Assembly: GCF_006345805.1 (NCBI RefSeq)
Contig: NC_042998.1
Location: 120,032,001 to 120,096,000, forward strand
DNA length: 64,000 nt
DNA from: Octopus sinensis
Taxonomy: Eukaryota
Direction: 5' to 3'
Part shown: piece by piece, positions 53,297-64,000 of the stretch
How positions within the stretch are numbered: position 1 is the stretch's first letter
Layout of the letters: each line of letters begins with the position of its first letter
Translations under genes and position numbers: made by a program
The notes under the pieces: model-generated
Told to the model about the DNA's origin: nothing
The model's database searches: none
The model's input: only the letters and a program-made list of their open reading frames with translations

Positions 53297-54325
53297 GTTA
53301 TTGAGTGAGAGAGCAGTGCATGCCATCGAAGTGACACTTAGGTACAAATATATGAAGTTCAATATACACACCATGACTACCTGCCTGATAAGGGTACACC
53401 AAGCACATGCATCACAACCATATGTGCACAACATGGTGATCTCATATCAAGATAAGCAGCACATGACCTTGCAGGTGGGGCCCAGTTAAAATTTTCTTCA
53501 GGCTGAGTAGCTCATCCTGCTCAAAAGGTTTCTGAATAAGGTTTGTTTAAAGATGATGAATGAAACACCTATGTTTCCGGGAGTGAATTATTCAAACCCC
53601 AAAGAATTCCTCTCAATACATGGCTATGATGTTCTCCCACTACTTCTACTCATGATTAGAGATGCACATATCAACAGCTACTAAGGGACATGCTCAACTG
53701 GTTATGGTCAAGCAACTGACAAGCAAATCTGTGGTATTGAGCAGAATATTTCCTGTAGCCCATCTTTTATTGTTATTATTATTATTATTGAGTGAGAGAA
53801 CAGTGCATGCCATCTAAGTGACACTGGAGTACAAATATACAGAGCCCAGTATACTCATCATGACTACCTGCCTGATAAGGGTACACCAGGCACATGCATC
53901 ACAACCGTATGTGCACAATATGGTGATCTCATATCAAGATAAACAGTGCATGACCTTGAATTTTCTTCAATTAGAATTTTCTTCAGGTTGAGTAGTCCAT
54001 CCCACTTAAAAGGTCCTTGAATAAGGGTTGTTTAAGGAAGTTGAATGAAACACCCATGTTTCCCAACCCCAAAGAATTCCTCTCAACACATGGCTATGAT
54101 GCTCCCTGACTACTTCTGCTCTTGATCAGAGATGCATGTATTGTCAGCCACTAAAGCTCAACTGGTTATGGTCAAACAACTGACAAGCAAATCTGTGGTA
54201 TTGAGCAAAATATTTGCTGTAGCCCATCTTTTATACCAAAACAAAACAATGTACATGAGAACAATTCCAATCAGTTAAGATCAGAAGACATGAGAGCCAC
54301 TGCCTGGTACTGCATCAGGGCATTT
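53297..54325 (-). mobile_element. Two tandem copies of a non-coding repeat of about 0.5 kb embedded in (TAA)n
   Basis: Copies about 53300-53770 and 53788-54323 share TTGAGTGAGAG..CAGTGCATGCCATC; the first copy lacks the distal about 90 bp. Confidence 0.7.
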
Positions 54326-54347
54326 ATTATTATTATTATTATTATTA

Positions 54348-54381
<34 letters not shown>

Positions 54382-55789
54382 AACATTTAATATTCGAATA
54401 TTGGTCAAAAATTGTTAGATGGCTATAGAGTTTCTGATAGCACTTGGTTGAAGCTCATACAGCTTCAATGAATACATTGCAATATAACTAACACCAGCCT
54501 GAGAAAAAAAAAAACCCAAAAAAACAACCGCATTGCCAAAACATTACAGCTTCCGCCTGCAGTAAGAATAATACATGACAACAGAGAGAAAATTAAGTCA
54601 AGTGCACAAGAAAGTACTCTGTTAATTGCTTGGCCATTATGTTCTTTTTTCAGAAGGAGAAAATGAAAGAAAAGGGAAGTAAAGAAAGCTTCTAACAGTG
54701 CAGAAAATTTTATCAAAAAACTTTATATTTCAGATACAAAAGCCTATCTTCAGAAGAATGCAATCCAAGACATGTCTAGTTACATTAATTTCATTATTTT
54801 ATTTTAAACTGCTCAGCATTTGGATTAGCAGCAGCAGCAGCAATTCTCCAAATTTTGGTGCAAGCAACTCTCCAACTATTAGCTGTAGTTGTGACATATT
54901 TTCACATAGTGGTGGGGGAAAATGCTATTGGTGGCATATGTTATGATGTTGGTCATTGTTAGAAGTTTTCTTTATTTCACTGTTCTTTCATTTTCTACCA
55001 CTGGACTACAACGCTTATTTTTTAATAGAAATAATGTGATGCTTAAAATGCAATAGCTCTTGAGTGTACAGATTAAAGATCAGACTCAATGTAATGTGTC
55101 AATAAATACAATGGCAATTAAAGAAAGCCAAAAGTTTGTATGAATTTTTATTGAAAAAGAAGGTGAAACTTCTAATGAAAGACTTTCCTGGCTAGCAAAG
55201 TCTTTCATTTGAGTTGGCAGTGTCCCATAGAGAAAGTTTATCTAACAAGAAGCTAAAGTTTTTAGAACAAGGACAAGAGTACAGAAATTCTACCAACTCC
55301 ATTTAAATTGATTGCAGAGAATATTAAATGTTGGCACTTACAGAGGAAAGTGTGTAAGTATTTGCTGATAACAACATTAATTGTGAACATATAGAAATTA
55401 CAAGAAAAGTTTACTTTGAGCTTCATTTCTACACTGATGCACAGAGATGATTCACCATAAACATCAAACAACTTTTGATATGTTCTTCACCCCTCAAACA
55501 GATGGGTGAAGAACATATCCAAAGTTGAAATAGAACAGAGCATCACTCATTCTCTCAGTAACTTCATTCCACCCCACTCACACAGTAGTCAACGTCTTTT
55601 ATGGGAAGAACACATCTTATTACAATATTATGACTGTTATTTACTCCCTAACATATTTTTCTTCAAATGTTTATATATATATATATATAATGCGCTATAT
55701 GTTTAGAAATTGTTATTTTCATGCATAAAAGTGGTTGTGTCCCTTGTTCTTTGTTTGTGTTGTTTTTTCTTGTATATTTTTTCTTCATT

Positions 55790-55995
55790 TCAAAAACATG
55801 GCTTCAGTGAATTGAGAAATTCAGGAGGATAATTCACAACTTCATTTATATCTGGAATTGTATCAACAGACTTGTAAGTGTGTATAGTGCCGGGAAGAGA
55901 ATGCATTAGCTGTTGATTAATTTTGTTAACAGCGACGTTTTTTGGAGCTAATATTGCTCTTTCACACAGCCAATTGTGATTTTGGTAGTTTACAC
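55790..55995 (-). pseudogene. Helitron Pif1-helicase fragment
   Basis: NYQNHNWLCERAILAPKNVAVNKINQQLMHSLPG...YKSVDT...YPPEFLNSL. Confidence 0.85.
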
Positions 55996-56129
55996 ACAGA
56001 AATATACACACACACATGCACATACACACACATACACATTATTTTTATACCAGAATGTTATTGACAGTGACTTTGAAGTTTCTGCCAGCTAAGCCATTGT
56101 ATAGAGTAGTCCATCAGATTTCTGCTGGT

Positions 56130-56474
56130 TTACTGCGCTTGAGAAGACACGTCAAGCTAAGTGAAATTGTGGTTGTCCTTGCATACAGGCATGTCCTCTG
56201 CTTCCCTCTTCAGCTGAACGATTCTAATCTTGCAGGCTCATAGGTGTTGGTGCCATATGAAAAGCACCCATGCTGGTGTCATGTAAAAGCATCCCTGGCA
56301 GTGCTGTGTAAAAGCACTCAGTACACTCTATGACTGGTATTAGTGACTAGTATTAGGAAGGGCATCCAGCCGTGGAAACCATGGCAAAACATACATGGAG
56401 CCTGGGAAGTTCTTCAGCTGGCCAGCTCCTGTCAAACCTTCCAACTTAATCCAGCAGGGAAAACAGATTTAAAA

Positions 56475-56522
<48 letters not shown>

Positions 56523-56535
56523 AATGGTGATGATA
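56130..56535 (+). mobile_element. RTE 3'UTR end with (GAT)n
   Basis: TTAGGAAGGGCATCCAGCCGTGGAAACCATG...(GAT)n. Confidence 0.7.
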
Positions 56536-56682
56536 TAACTGAACATAGAAGCAAACTTTAATATATATATCTATATATACATATACACATAGATGCAATA
56601 AATTAGAATATATATAAATTCCATCCCCGGATTATTATTATTATTATTATTACTATGTGTGTGTGTGTGTATGTGTGTGTGT

Positions 56683-56719
<37 letters not shown>

Positions 56720-57304
56720 TGTGTGTGTGTGTGTGTGTATGAATGTATGAATATTTATTTATATATATGTAGATATATGTGTGCATGTATATATGAATGT
56801 ATATAAGTATATATGTGAGTGGTACTTGCACTAAAGACGTTCTCATTACCTATGTTAATGTCTACAGAATGTTATGATTAGTCACATTAATATTATATAA
56901 ACCCTCCTCCCGCCTTAATAAATCATGTTTCTTTGTTCATCTTATCTAATTGACCTTCTCATCTAAGACGCATTCCTCTTCTGTTATTTTAATAAGTTGA
57001 CAAACAATAAATTGCTCTGATTGATTAATTAGGAATGGCCTCCAACCTCAAAACCTTAGCAGGCCTGTTAATGCCAATGACACCACCACCACCACCTCTA
57101 TCATCATACATTGTGACTTTTAGTCATGTGAGTTAAAAATATCTCCATTATGAACATTTTGTTTTGAAACATTATGAAATGTTTTTAAAATTATTATCAT
57201 AAAGCTATTGAAGTAATTATTGGTAAAATGATATAGTATTTAGTTCATAAAGTTCCATTTTTTTTTTTTACCAGTTCTATTTAATTATCTGTTTACCTAA
57301 TTTA

Positions 57305-57538
57305 TCTTTTAACTTTTAATTGTTTCATTCGTTGGACTGTAGCTATTGTTGGGGTACTGCTTTGAAAGTTTTAAGGTTTTAGTGAAACAAATTGACCTCA
57401 GTACTTCTATTTAAGTCTGGTACTTATTCTATCGATCTCTTTTACCAAACTGCTAAGTACTACGGATGTAAACAAATCAACACTGGTTGGCAAACAGTGG
57501 TGGAAGGACAAATACAAACATACACACAAAAATATATA

Positions 57539-57540
<2 letters not shown>
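57305..57540 (-). mobile_element. Type A SINE 3' half (split by insertions)
   Basis: TACTTATTCTATCGATCTCTTTT..GCTAAGT; ends at the internal TA tract. Confidence 0.7.
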
Positions 57541-57574
<34 letters not shown>

Positions 57575-57689
57575 AAATGTATAACATTAGATACCCATCA
57601 TGGCTGATCTTACCAATCGGTTTTGCATAAAGAATACAATGGAGTGTTAGGTAACAATCCGATTATATAACTTTATGCTCATCAGAGAT

Positions 57690-58990
57690 ATAGCTTTTAA
57701 ACTAGGCATAGCAGATAGACACTGGTGAAGAAAGAGGCCTTCCTAACAATCAAGGATCATAAGCCTAACTTTGCCTCTATCCCTAAATGCTGTCTGGTGA
57801 AGTCTGAGATAGGACAGGTGAGCAAACAGCTTATCAGGAAGATGAGTAATGGTTTTAGAAATGCCTCTGACTTAACCCTATGGCACAACACTAATGAAGT
57901 CATTACATAGTTTAAAGCCAACAGTGGCAGGGTAGGGGTAGAGCTAGATTTACCCAATTTGATATAGTGGACTTCTACCCATCTATATCAAGGGAGCTCC
58001 TGTTAAAGGCACTGAACTTTGCTAGGGCCCATACTAAAGTCAACGATGAGGATATATATATTATCATGCATGCCAGAAGAACCCTACTCTTCAGTAAGGA
58101 GTCTGCTTGGATCAAACACACTAACCCAGAGGGATCCTTCGACATGGAAATGGGTGCTTTTGACAGTGTGGATGTATGTGACCTAGTTGGTTTCTTCATC
58201 CTTGATATACTAAGAAATAAATTCCCTTCAACTAGCTTTGGCCTCTACAGGGACAACACACTAGCAATATCAAGAGGGGCCAATGGCCACATGCTAGATA
58301 AGTTCAGAAAGGACCTCACAAGCACCACACACTCTCTCGGACTATAGAGAGCAACCTGAAAACAGTAGGTTTCCTCAATGTGACCCTGGGCCTGGAATCA
58401 GGTGCCTATAGGCCCTTTAAGAAACCAAATGAGAAGTTGTTTTACATTAACACAAGTTCCTGCCATCTAGCCATAATGTTCAGGAACCTGATTAAGGGCG
58501 TCAGCAGTAGAATCTCTAGTTTGTCTTCAAGCAAAGAAATCTTTGATGCTGCTGCCCCATACTACAAGCGGGCTCTGGCAGCCAGCAGTTTCAAGGATAA
58601 TATTAGTTACATGCCAGAACTTAGCCCCCATCCCCAAGAGAAAGCACTACCAGAAAGTACTGTGGTTCACACTGCCATTCTCTTTAAACGTTAAAACTAG
58701 AGTAGGTAAGATCTTCCTTAATTTAGTTGATAGAGACTTCCCCTGTACCAATAGTTCAACAATTATCCTTTAGCTGTGCACCTAGTGTAAAAAAAATTTA
58801 GTAGGTAGGCCCAGACCCAAGGCTTAGGTATGATGCTCATGCAAGGGTAACACAATTTATCCACTAAGTGGCCACTGCAATACAGAAACAGTTGTCTATG
58901 AGGCAGAAGTAACAGCAACAGGACTCAATGGACAACTGAGCATGCAGAAGTATATGAGGGCACATACTTCTGTACATAAGGTTAACTTTC
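57690..58990 (+). mobile_element. Penelope-like element RT and GIY-YIG remnant
   Basis: AFLTIKDHKPNF, FDIVDFYPSIS, FDMEMGAFDSVDVCDLVG, GLYRDN, RISSLSSSKEIFD, PLSGHCNTETVVYEAEV; stops and frameshifts. Confidence 0.9.
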
Positions 58991-59524
58991 TAAAATTTCT
59001 GACAAAGCCTTAAGAAACACCCAAATACCTCAATTTCATCTACTAATTACTTCAGTCTACTGGAGAGATAAAGGTAGAATGAGGTATTTTTGCCTCTTGG
59101 ATAAAACAGATGTAAGATATTTTTCCCAATTTCTATTCCTGTATGTTATATATTTTATAATTACTGGTATCTTTATGTATTATATATGTAAAGCATAATA
59201 TGTTATACATGTATGTATATTGTTGTAATTGTCATTTTAGTAAATAAATAAATAAATTGACATAATATAATGTCTAAAAGTTGATGAATACCACCTATTG
59301 ATCCCCTCCATTTTCTTATTGCTCTATAAATTAATGGTAAAATAACCCTTTACCCTCACCCATTTAGTACACTCGGTAATGTAATTGCAATGCAATAAAA
59401 AAACACTTGTGTATTAATAATTGTGTATTCTTCCAGCAGTATATTGGATAGATATTATCCCTTAGTTGGTTGAATTCACAACCTCTAACTTTCTCAGAAT
59501 ATATATATATATATATATATATAT

Positions 59525-59958
59525 AATAGAAATATTAAAATTACTAAGTCTCTCTAAAAGAGAACAGCGGCAGCGTTCCCGGAAAATAATAGTTATCGCC
59601 ATACTAATATGGCATTCTTATAAAAATAAGAAAAAGGCTGTCCGCTTATTAGCTCCATGAGGCCATCGCCTTAAGTTAGCTATTTGATACACAAACTGGT
59701 AAATAAAACCATCGAACAGAGATTGTCGGAAGCGACACCTACTGGCTGGCTACGCTGCATTGAAAAGGGGCAATACCCCGAAACGCGTCTGTAGCTGCCG
59801 GTCAAGTAGTGTGGAGCGACTGACCTCCCTTGTTCGAAGGTTATATGGATACAGTTTGTGTATCAAATAGCTAACTTAAGGCGATGGCCTCATGGAGCTA
59901 ATAAGCGGACAGCCTTTTTCTTATTTTTATAAGAATGCCATATTAGTATGGCGATAAC

Positions 59959-59964
<6 letters not shown>
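59525..59964. mobile_element. Young fold-back PLE-terminal element with perfect 113-bp inverted arms
   Basis: 59586-59698 is the reverse complement of 59852-59964; (TA)n on both sides. Confidence 0.8.
59754..59795 (+). ncRNA. Type I hammerhead with U3-A8 core
   Basis: GCTGCA-TTGAAAA-GGGG-caata-CCCC-GAAA-CGC-GTC-TGTAGC. Confidence 0.7.
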
Positions 59965-60004
<40 letters not shown>

Positions 60005-60008
<4 letters not shown>

Positions 60009-60156
60009 GACAGGCTTTTTTCAGCTTTCATCTACCAAATCCACTTACGAGGCATTAGTCAGCCTGAAGCTATAGTAGAAGACACTTGCCCAAGGTGCCA
60101 CATGGTGGGAGTGAACCCAGAACCATGTAGTTGGGAAGCCACTCATACCTGCACCT
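60005..60156 (-). mobile_element. Type A SINE 5' half (partner of 57305-57540)
   Basis: CGACAGGCTT...GACACTTGCCCAAGGTGCC...GCACCT. Confidence 0.75.
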
Positions 60157-60210
60157 ATGCATATATATATATATATATATATATGCATATATATGCATAT
60201 ATATATATGC

Positions 60211-60257
<47 letters not shown>

Positions 60258-62439
60258 TACAGGCATAAAAAAAATGTAATTCATACATAGTCAATAATAA
60301 CAGCAATTAAAATTCCCATTACCACTCTTCAATGCAACTTACTGTATATGGAAAACTGGTGACATGATACTCAGAATAACAATGGTATAAGTTTTATGCA
60401 TATATGTTATGTTATATATGTATGCTTGTATAAATGTATACACATATATGAATAGACACATAGACATTCCTAAATAGACACGTATATACACTCACATGTA
60501 TGTGTGTAATCAATGTTTGTGTGTGTTTTCTTTGTGATTTATTTTCCTTTGTGTAATTCAAGCTACATGTAGATATGTATGTGTGTGTGAGCATGTGCGA
60601 GTGTATGTATCTATGCATGTATATATGTCTGTATATGTGTGCATATGACTATGTATATATATATGTGCATGTGTTTGTATATGTTTAACTTGATGCAAAT
60701 ATGCCCACATATATATATAATTTATATTTGAATATTGGCCCTATATTTAATTAATCATTGAATAAATAAGTTATTTAACTAAGATAGTGGGACCATACTT
60801 CCTTATTTCTTCTTTTCTTCTGTAAGTGTGTGTGTATATATATATATATAATATATATATCATAAACTCTCCTTTTTCTCTTAGTCAAAATCTACTTCCA
60901 CCACTTTAATAGCTATCATAACATCTTGCATAAATTTCTCCCTTTCTCTTTTTTTCTTTCTCTCTCTCTTGCTCTCTATAATTCACTTACCTTTTATACC
61001 TCTTATTTTATGATGTTGCTTTTGTACAGCTGAGCTCCATTTTTCTGCTTTCCACTTCTGCTCTCCTTCTTGTGCTAACTTTTCCTCTGTCACTCTTTCT
61101 TCCATCCCTCCCTATATTTCAGTCTCTCATTCTTATGCTCTGTCAATTTCCATCTTATTTATTTATGGTTTTGATTTTATAATTTCTCTTCCACTTCTCT
61201 CAGCACAACCACTTCTTTCTCCTGCATTGTGTATTGTATCACATCATCTAATTATTGTCTCCATATTGTAAATCTCTTGTTTTATTCTTTTCCTTTCTCT
61301 TACTCACACTATCTCTTCTCTCACCCTTTTTGCCATAGCTTCCAATATTTCATGGTCTGCTCCCTTGACTGCCTGTCTTGACACCATTCTTGCTGCTAAC
61401 TACTACTGGTTTCTCCTCTCTTAGATCTGTCAATCTCTCACCTGTCTGTTTGTCTATCTAATTTACTTTACTATATAATACTTTCTTTCTCACTCTTCCA
61501 CCACACTCAGCACAGCCGCTACTTCCTCTTTTCAAATACATATAATGCAATAGAAAAAGAAGACATCACCAAAAGGAATTGGGCATGTGATTAGATCCTT
61601 TATAATCTATCTATCTATACATGTATGTGTGTGTGTATATATATTTTCCACTGATCACCACTTTCTGTGCTTCTGCATATCTCTTTATCTCCTGAGATAC
61701 ATCTTAGGACGATTATACTTCATCTTTAACATCCTCTCATATCTATCACCCTATCTGTTGTTGATACCCCAATCACTTTTGTCCCCCATTCACTATAACC
61801 ACCAACACATACCTCTGACCCTGTATATCACTCTCTTTTTACAACTGCCTATCATCTCACTATTTTCTGATCTATCTACAAGTTTAGTATTCTGCTACTC
61901 TCCACCCTTCCTGTATTGCCATTCAACATTTCATTCCTGAGCTATTGCTTTTACTCTTCTTTGTACTGATATTTACCTCTAACCACACCTCCACCCTTGT
62001 ACATCATTCCCTACATTAACCTCTACTCCTATCTCTAATCACTTGTCACTCTTCTCTTACACTCCTATGAACTTCATCCACACCTTCCAATCCTCAGGTC
62101 ATGTTCTCGCTTACATTCACCTTATTATTCCTTGACAGTACACTCTGATACTTCATCATGAACATCTTTACCTTCTTCCAGCTACTCACTCCTATCCACT
62201 TTTATATAATGTGGGGCAGCCAGCTATCTCTTCTGTAGCAAGATGCTCGTTCTTGTCCTGCTATCATACCTTAACCTCTCTACATCTGGCATAGAGCCAC
62301 CTCCTCATCTATTTCAACTCCACTCAGTAAAGAATGTTCCCCCTCCTCCTCCTTTTTCTTCATTTCCTTCTTCTTCTTTGTGTTATCATCCCCCTCCTTC
62401 TTTTTGTTCTCCTCCTCCTTCAGATTTTTATTTCTTTGT

Positions 62440-62650
62440 CTTGCAAACAACTTGATAATGTCATAAGTGCCTGTGTCACGAAAACAGCACTCAATACACT
62501 CTGTAAAGTGGTTGGTTTTAGGAAAGGCATCCAAACATAGAAACCATGCCAAAACAGACATTAGAACTTTATGCATACTCCATCTCATTGAATCTTGTCA
62601 AGCTGCCCGACCTATGACAGTATGGAAGATAGAAGTTAAATTATAATGAT
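62440..62650 (+). mobile_element. RTE 3' end preceded by a long pyrimidine-rich tract
   Basis: CTGTAAAGTGGTTGG..AGGAAAGGCATCCA..AGAAACCATGCC. Confidence 0.6.
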
Positions 62651-64000
62651 TACACACACATACACACATCTTGATCAATCCCGAAAAGGAAATATTCCCC
62701 ACGAAAAAAATTTACAGCTATTGCAAGGTATAAAAATTTGCTTGCTGTAAGTTACTTAACTAAGAAAAACAGGTCCTGCTCTTTCTTTATAGTTTGAATT
62801 GGTTAGTAGTGGAGGGGAAGAGCATCCAGCTGTAAAAACAATTGCTCCAATAACAACCATCTTACCCAAGCAAGCATGAAATAATGAATGTAAAACTGTA
62901 AAAAAAAAAGATATTTAAACTTATCATGTGATAATTGCCACAGAATCATGATTATCTTTTTTGTTTTTTTCATATTTGTAGCCTTGACAAAACATTTTAT
63001 TCCCCAACTCAAGTGAAATATCTTCTTCCTTCTGATGTAAACTAGTTTATCAGTTTGATGTTGAATCTCAACTGGTTCTTCTGCTTTATTTCTATTCACT
63101 TCACTAGATATTCTATCTACACCAGCTTGGTTTTCATTAGATTGGCAAGTTGTAGGAGATTAATCACAACTCTCATCAGGGATTCAGTTAAGGAGCTTAT
63201 TGCTGTGTTATTTCAATGACTCAACATCTTTTATGGCTCACTGGTTAATGGAATTTTAGGTAACCATTCAAGAGTTTCCAGCCTGCTTCATAGTTTCTGC
63301 ATGATTTTAGCAATAGAGCTTGTAATAAATTTATTCTGAATCTAATGCATACTAGCAAAAGTAGCTATAAATTGCCATGAACTGTTGATCTTAACAAAGG
63401 TGTATCCAGTTTAATAAAACACTGTTGTATATTGTTTCAAAACTTATATTTAATGGATGAAAGGAATTAGTTTTCCAATACATTTATAACATTCCAGTGT
63501 CTAATGTGCTGTAACTACAGATATGTACTGAATATTGATAGCATATTTCGCAATATAATTGTGTAAATGACATGATTTAAGCATATTAAATAAGACAGAG
63601 TTACCATTCAAGCATATTAAAAAGAAGACACAATTAAGTAAATGTGATATTAGTTTTATTTCATTTGAAGCAAATTTTGAAGAAAATATATTCTTTTGTT
63701 TTTGAAATTCTTTCTTTAAAGAATCAGAAAATGAGTTAAAATCAAAGTATCAGGAGGTAAATTACCCATGAAATAAAGTCATTCTTATAATATGTGGAAA
63801 CCAGAATGCCTAGAGGAAGCCCATAAATTCAAATATTGGAACTGCAATACATACTATGATTACTGCTTAGATATTTACTAACATAGCCAAATGCACCAAC
63901 ATATATTTGAATTCTTATCACACACACACATACATGTGTGTGTGTGTGTGTGTTTGAGGTTAAAGTATCTAATAGTCAGGGACCTACAATTGGTAACCAC

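Noticed and set aside
55318-55353. 36-nt candidate microexon (TTGCAG...GT|GTAAGT)
   Set aside because: Weak polypyrimidine tract; such matches are expected by chance
62803-63160. Minus-strand 98-aa ORF
   Set aside because: Runs into an RTE tail, with no recognisable domain or splice support
63722-63756. 35-nt candidate microexon (SENELKSKYQE)
   Set aside because: AAG acceptor and GTAAAT donor are weak; unsupported without RNA data

Overview
AT-rich, repeat-saturated eukaryotic DNA, most likely intronic or intergenic sequence from an octopus (coleoid cephalopod). The species call is inferred from SINEs resembling the Octopus OR/OK types and from the very high microsatellite load. No host protein-coding gene can be supported; most ORF-track entries are translated microsatellites. 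Recognisable content: a full-length Hsmar1-like (cecropia) mariner with an open 338-aa D,D34D ORF, a deleted second mariner, and Tc1, DD37D-like, pogo and Helitron fragments. Also present are MITEs (Tc1/mariner, piggyBac-like, and one with an 8-bp TSD), RTE LINEs (one with a PHD finger inside ORF2) and their many (GAT)n-tailed 3' ends, CR1/L2 and R4/Dong fragments, two Penelope-like (PLE) coding remnants, and three tRNA-SINE types. A ~2.25-kb tandem duplication differs only by 1-bp indels and is probably an assembly artefact. The most notable unannotated signal is about ten type I hammerhead-ribozyme motifs from several unrelated PLE-terminal families. Four of these sit in small non-coding fold-back units (about 2.1, 17.3, 31.9 and 59.7 kb), and several carry core variants (U3-A8, A6U). 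All calls were made by eye, without alignment or folding software.
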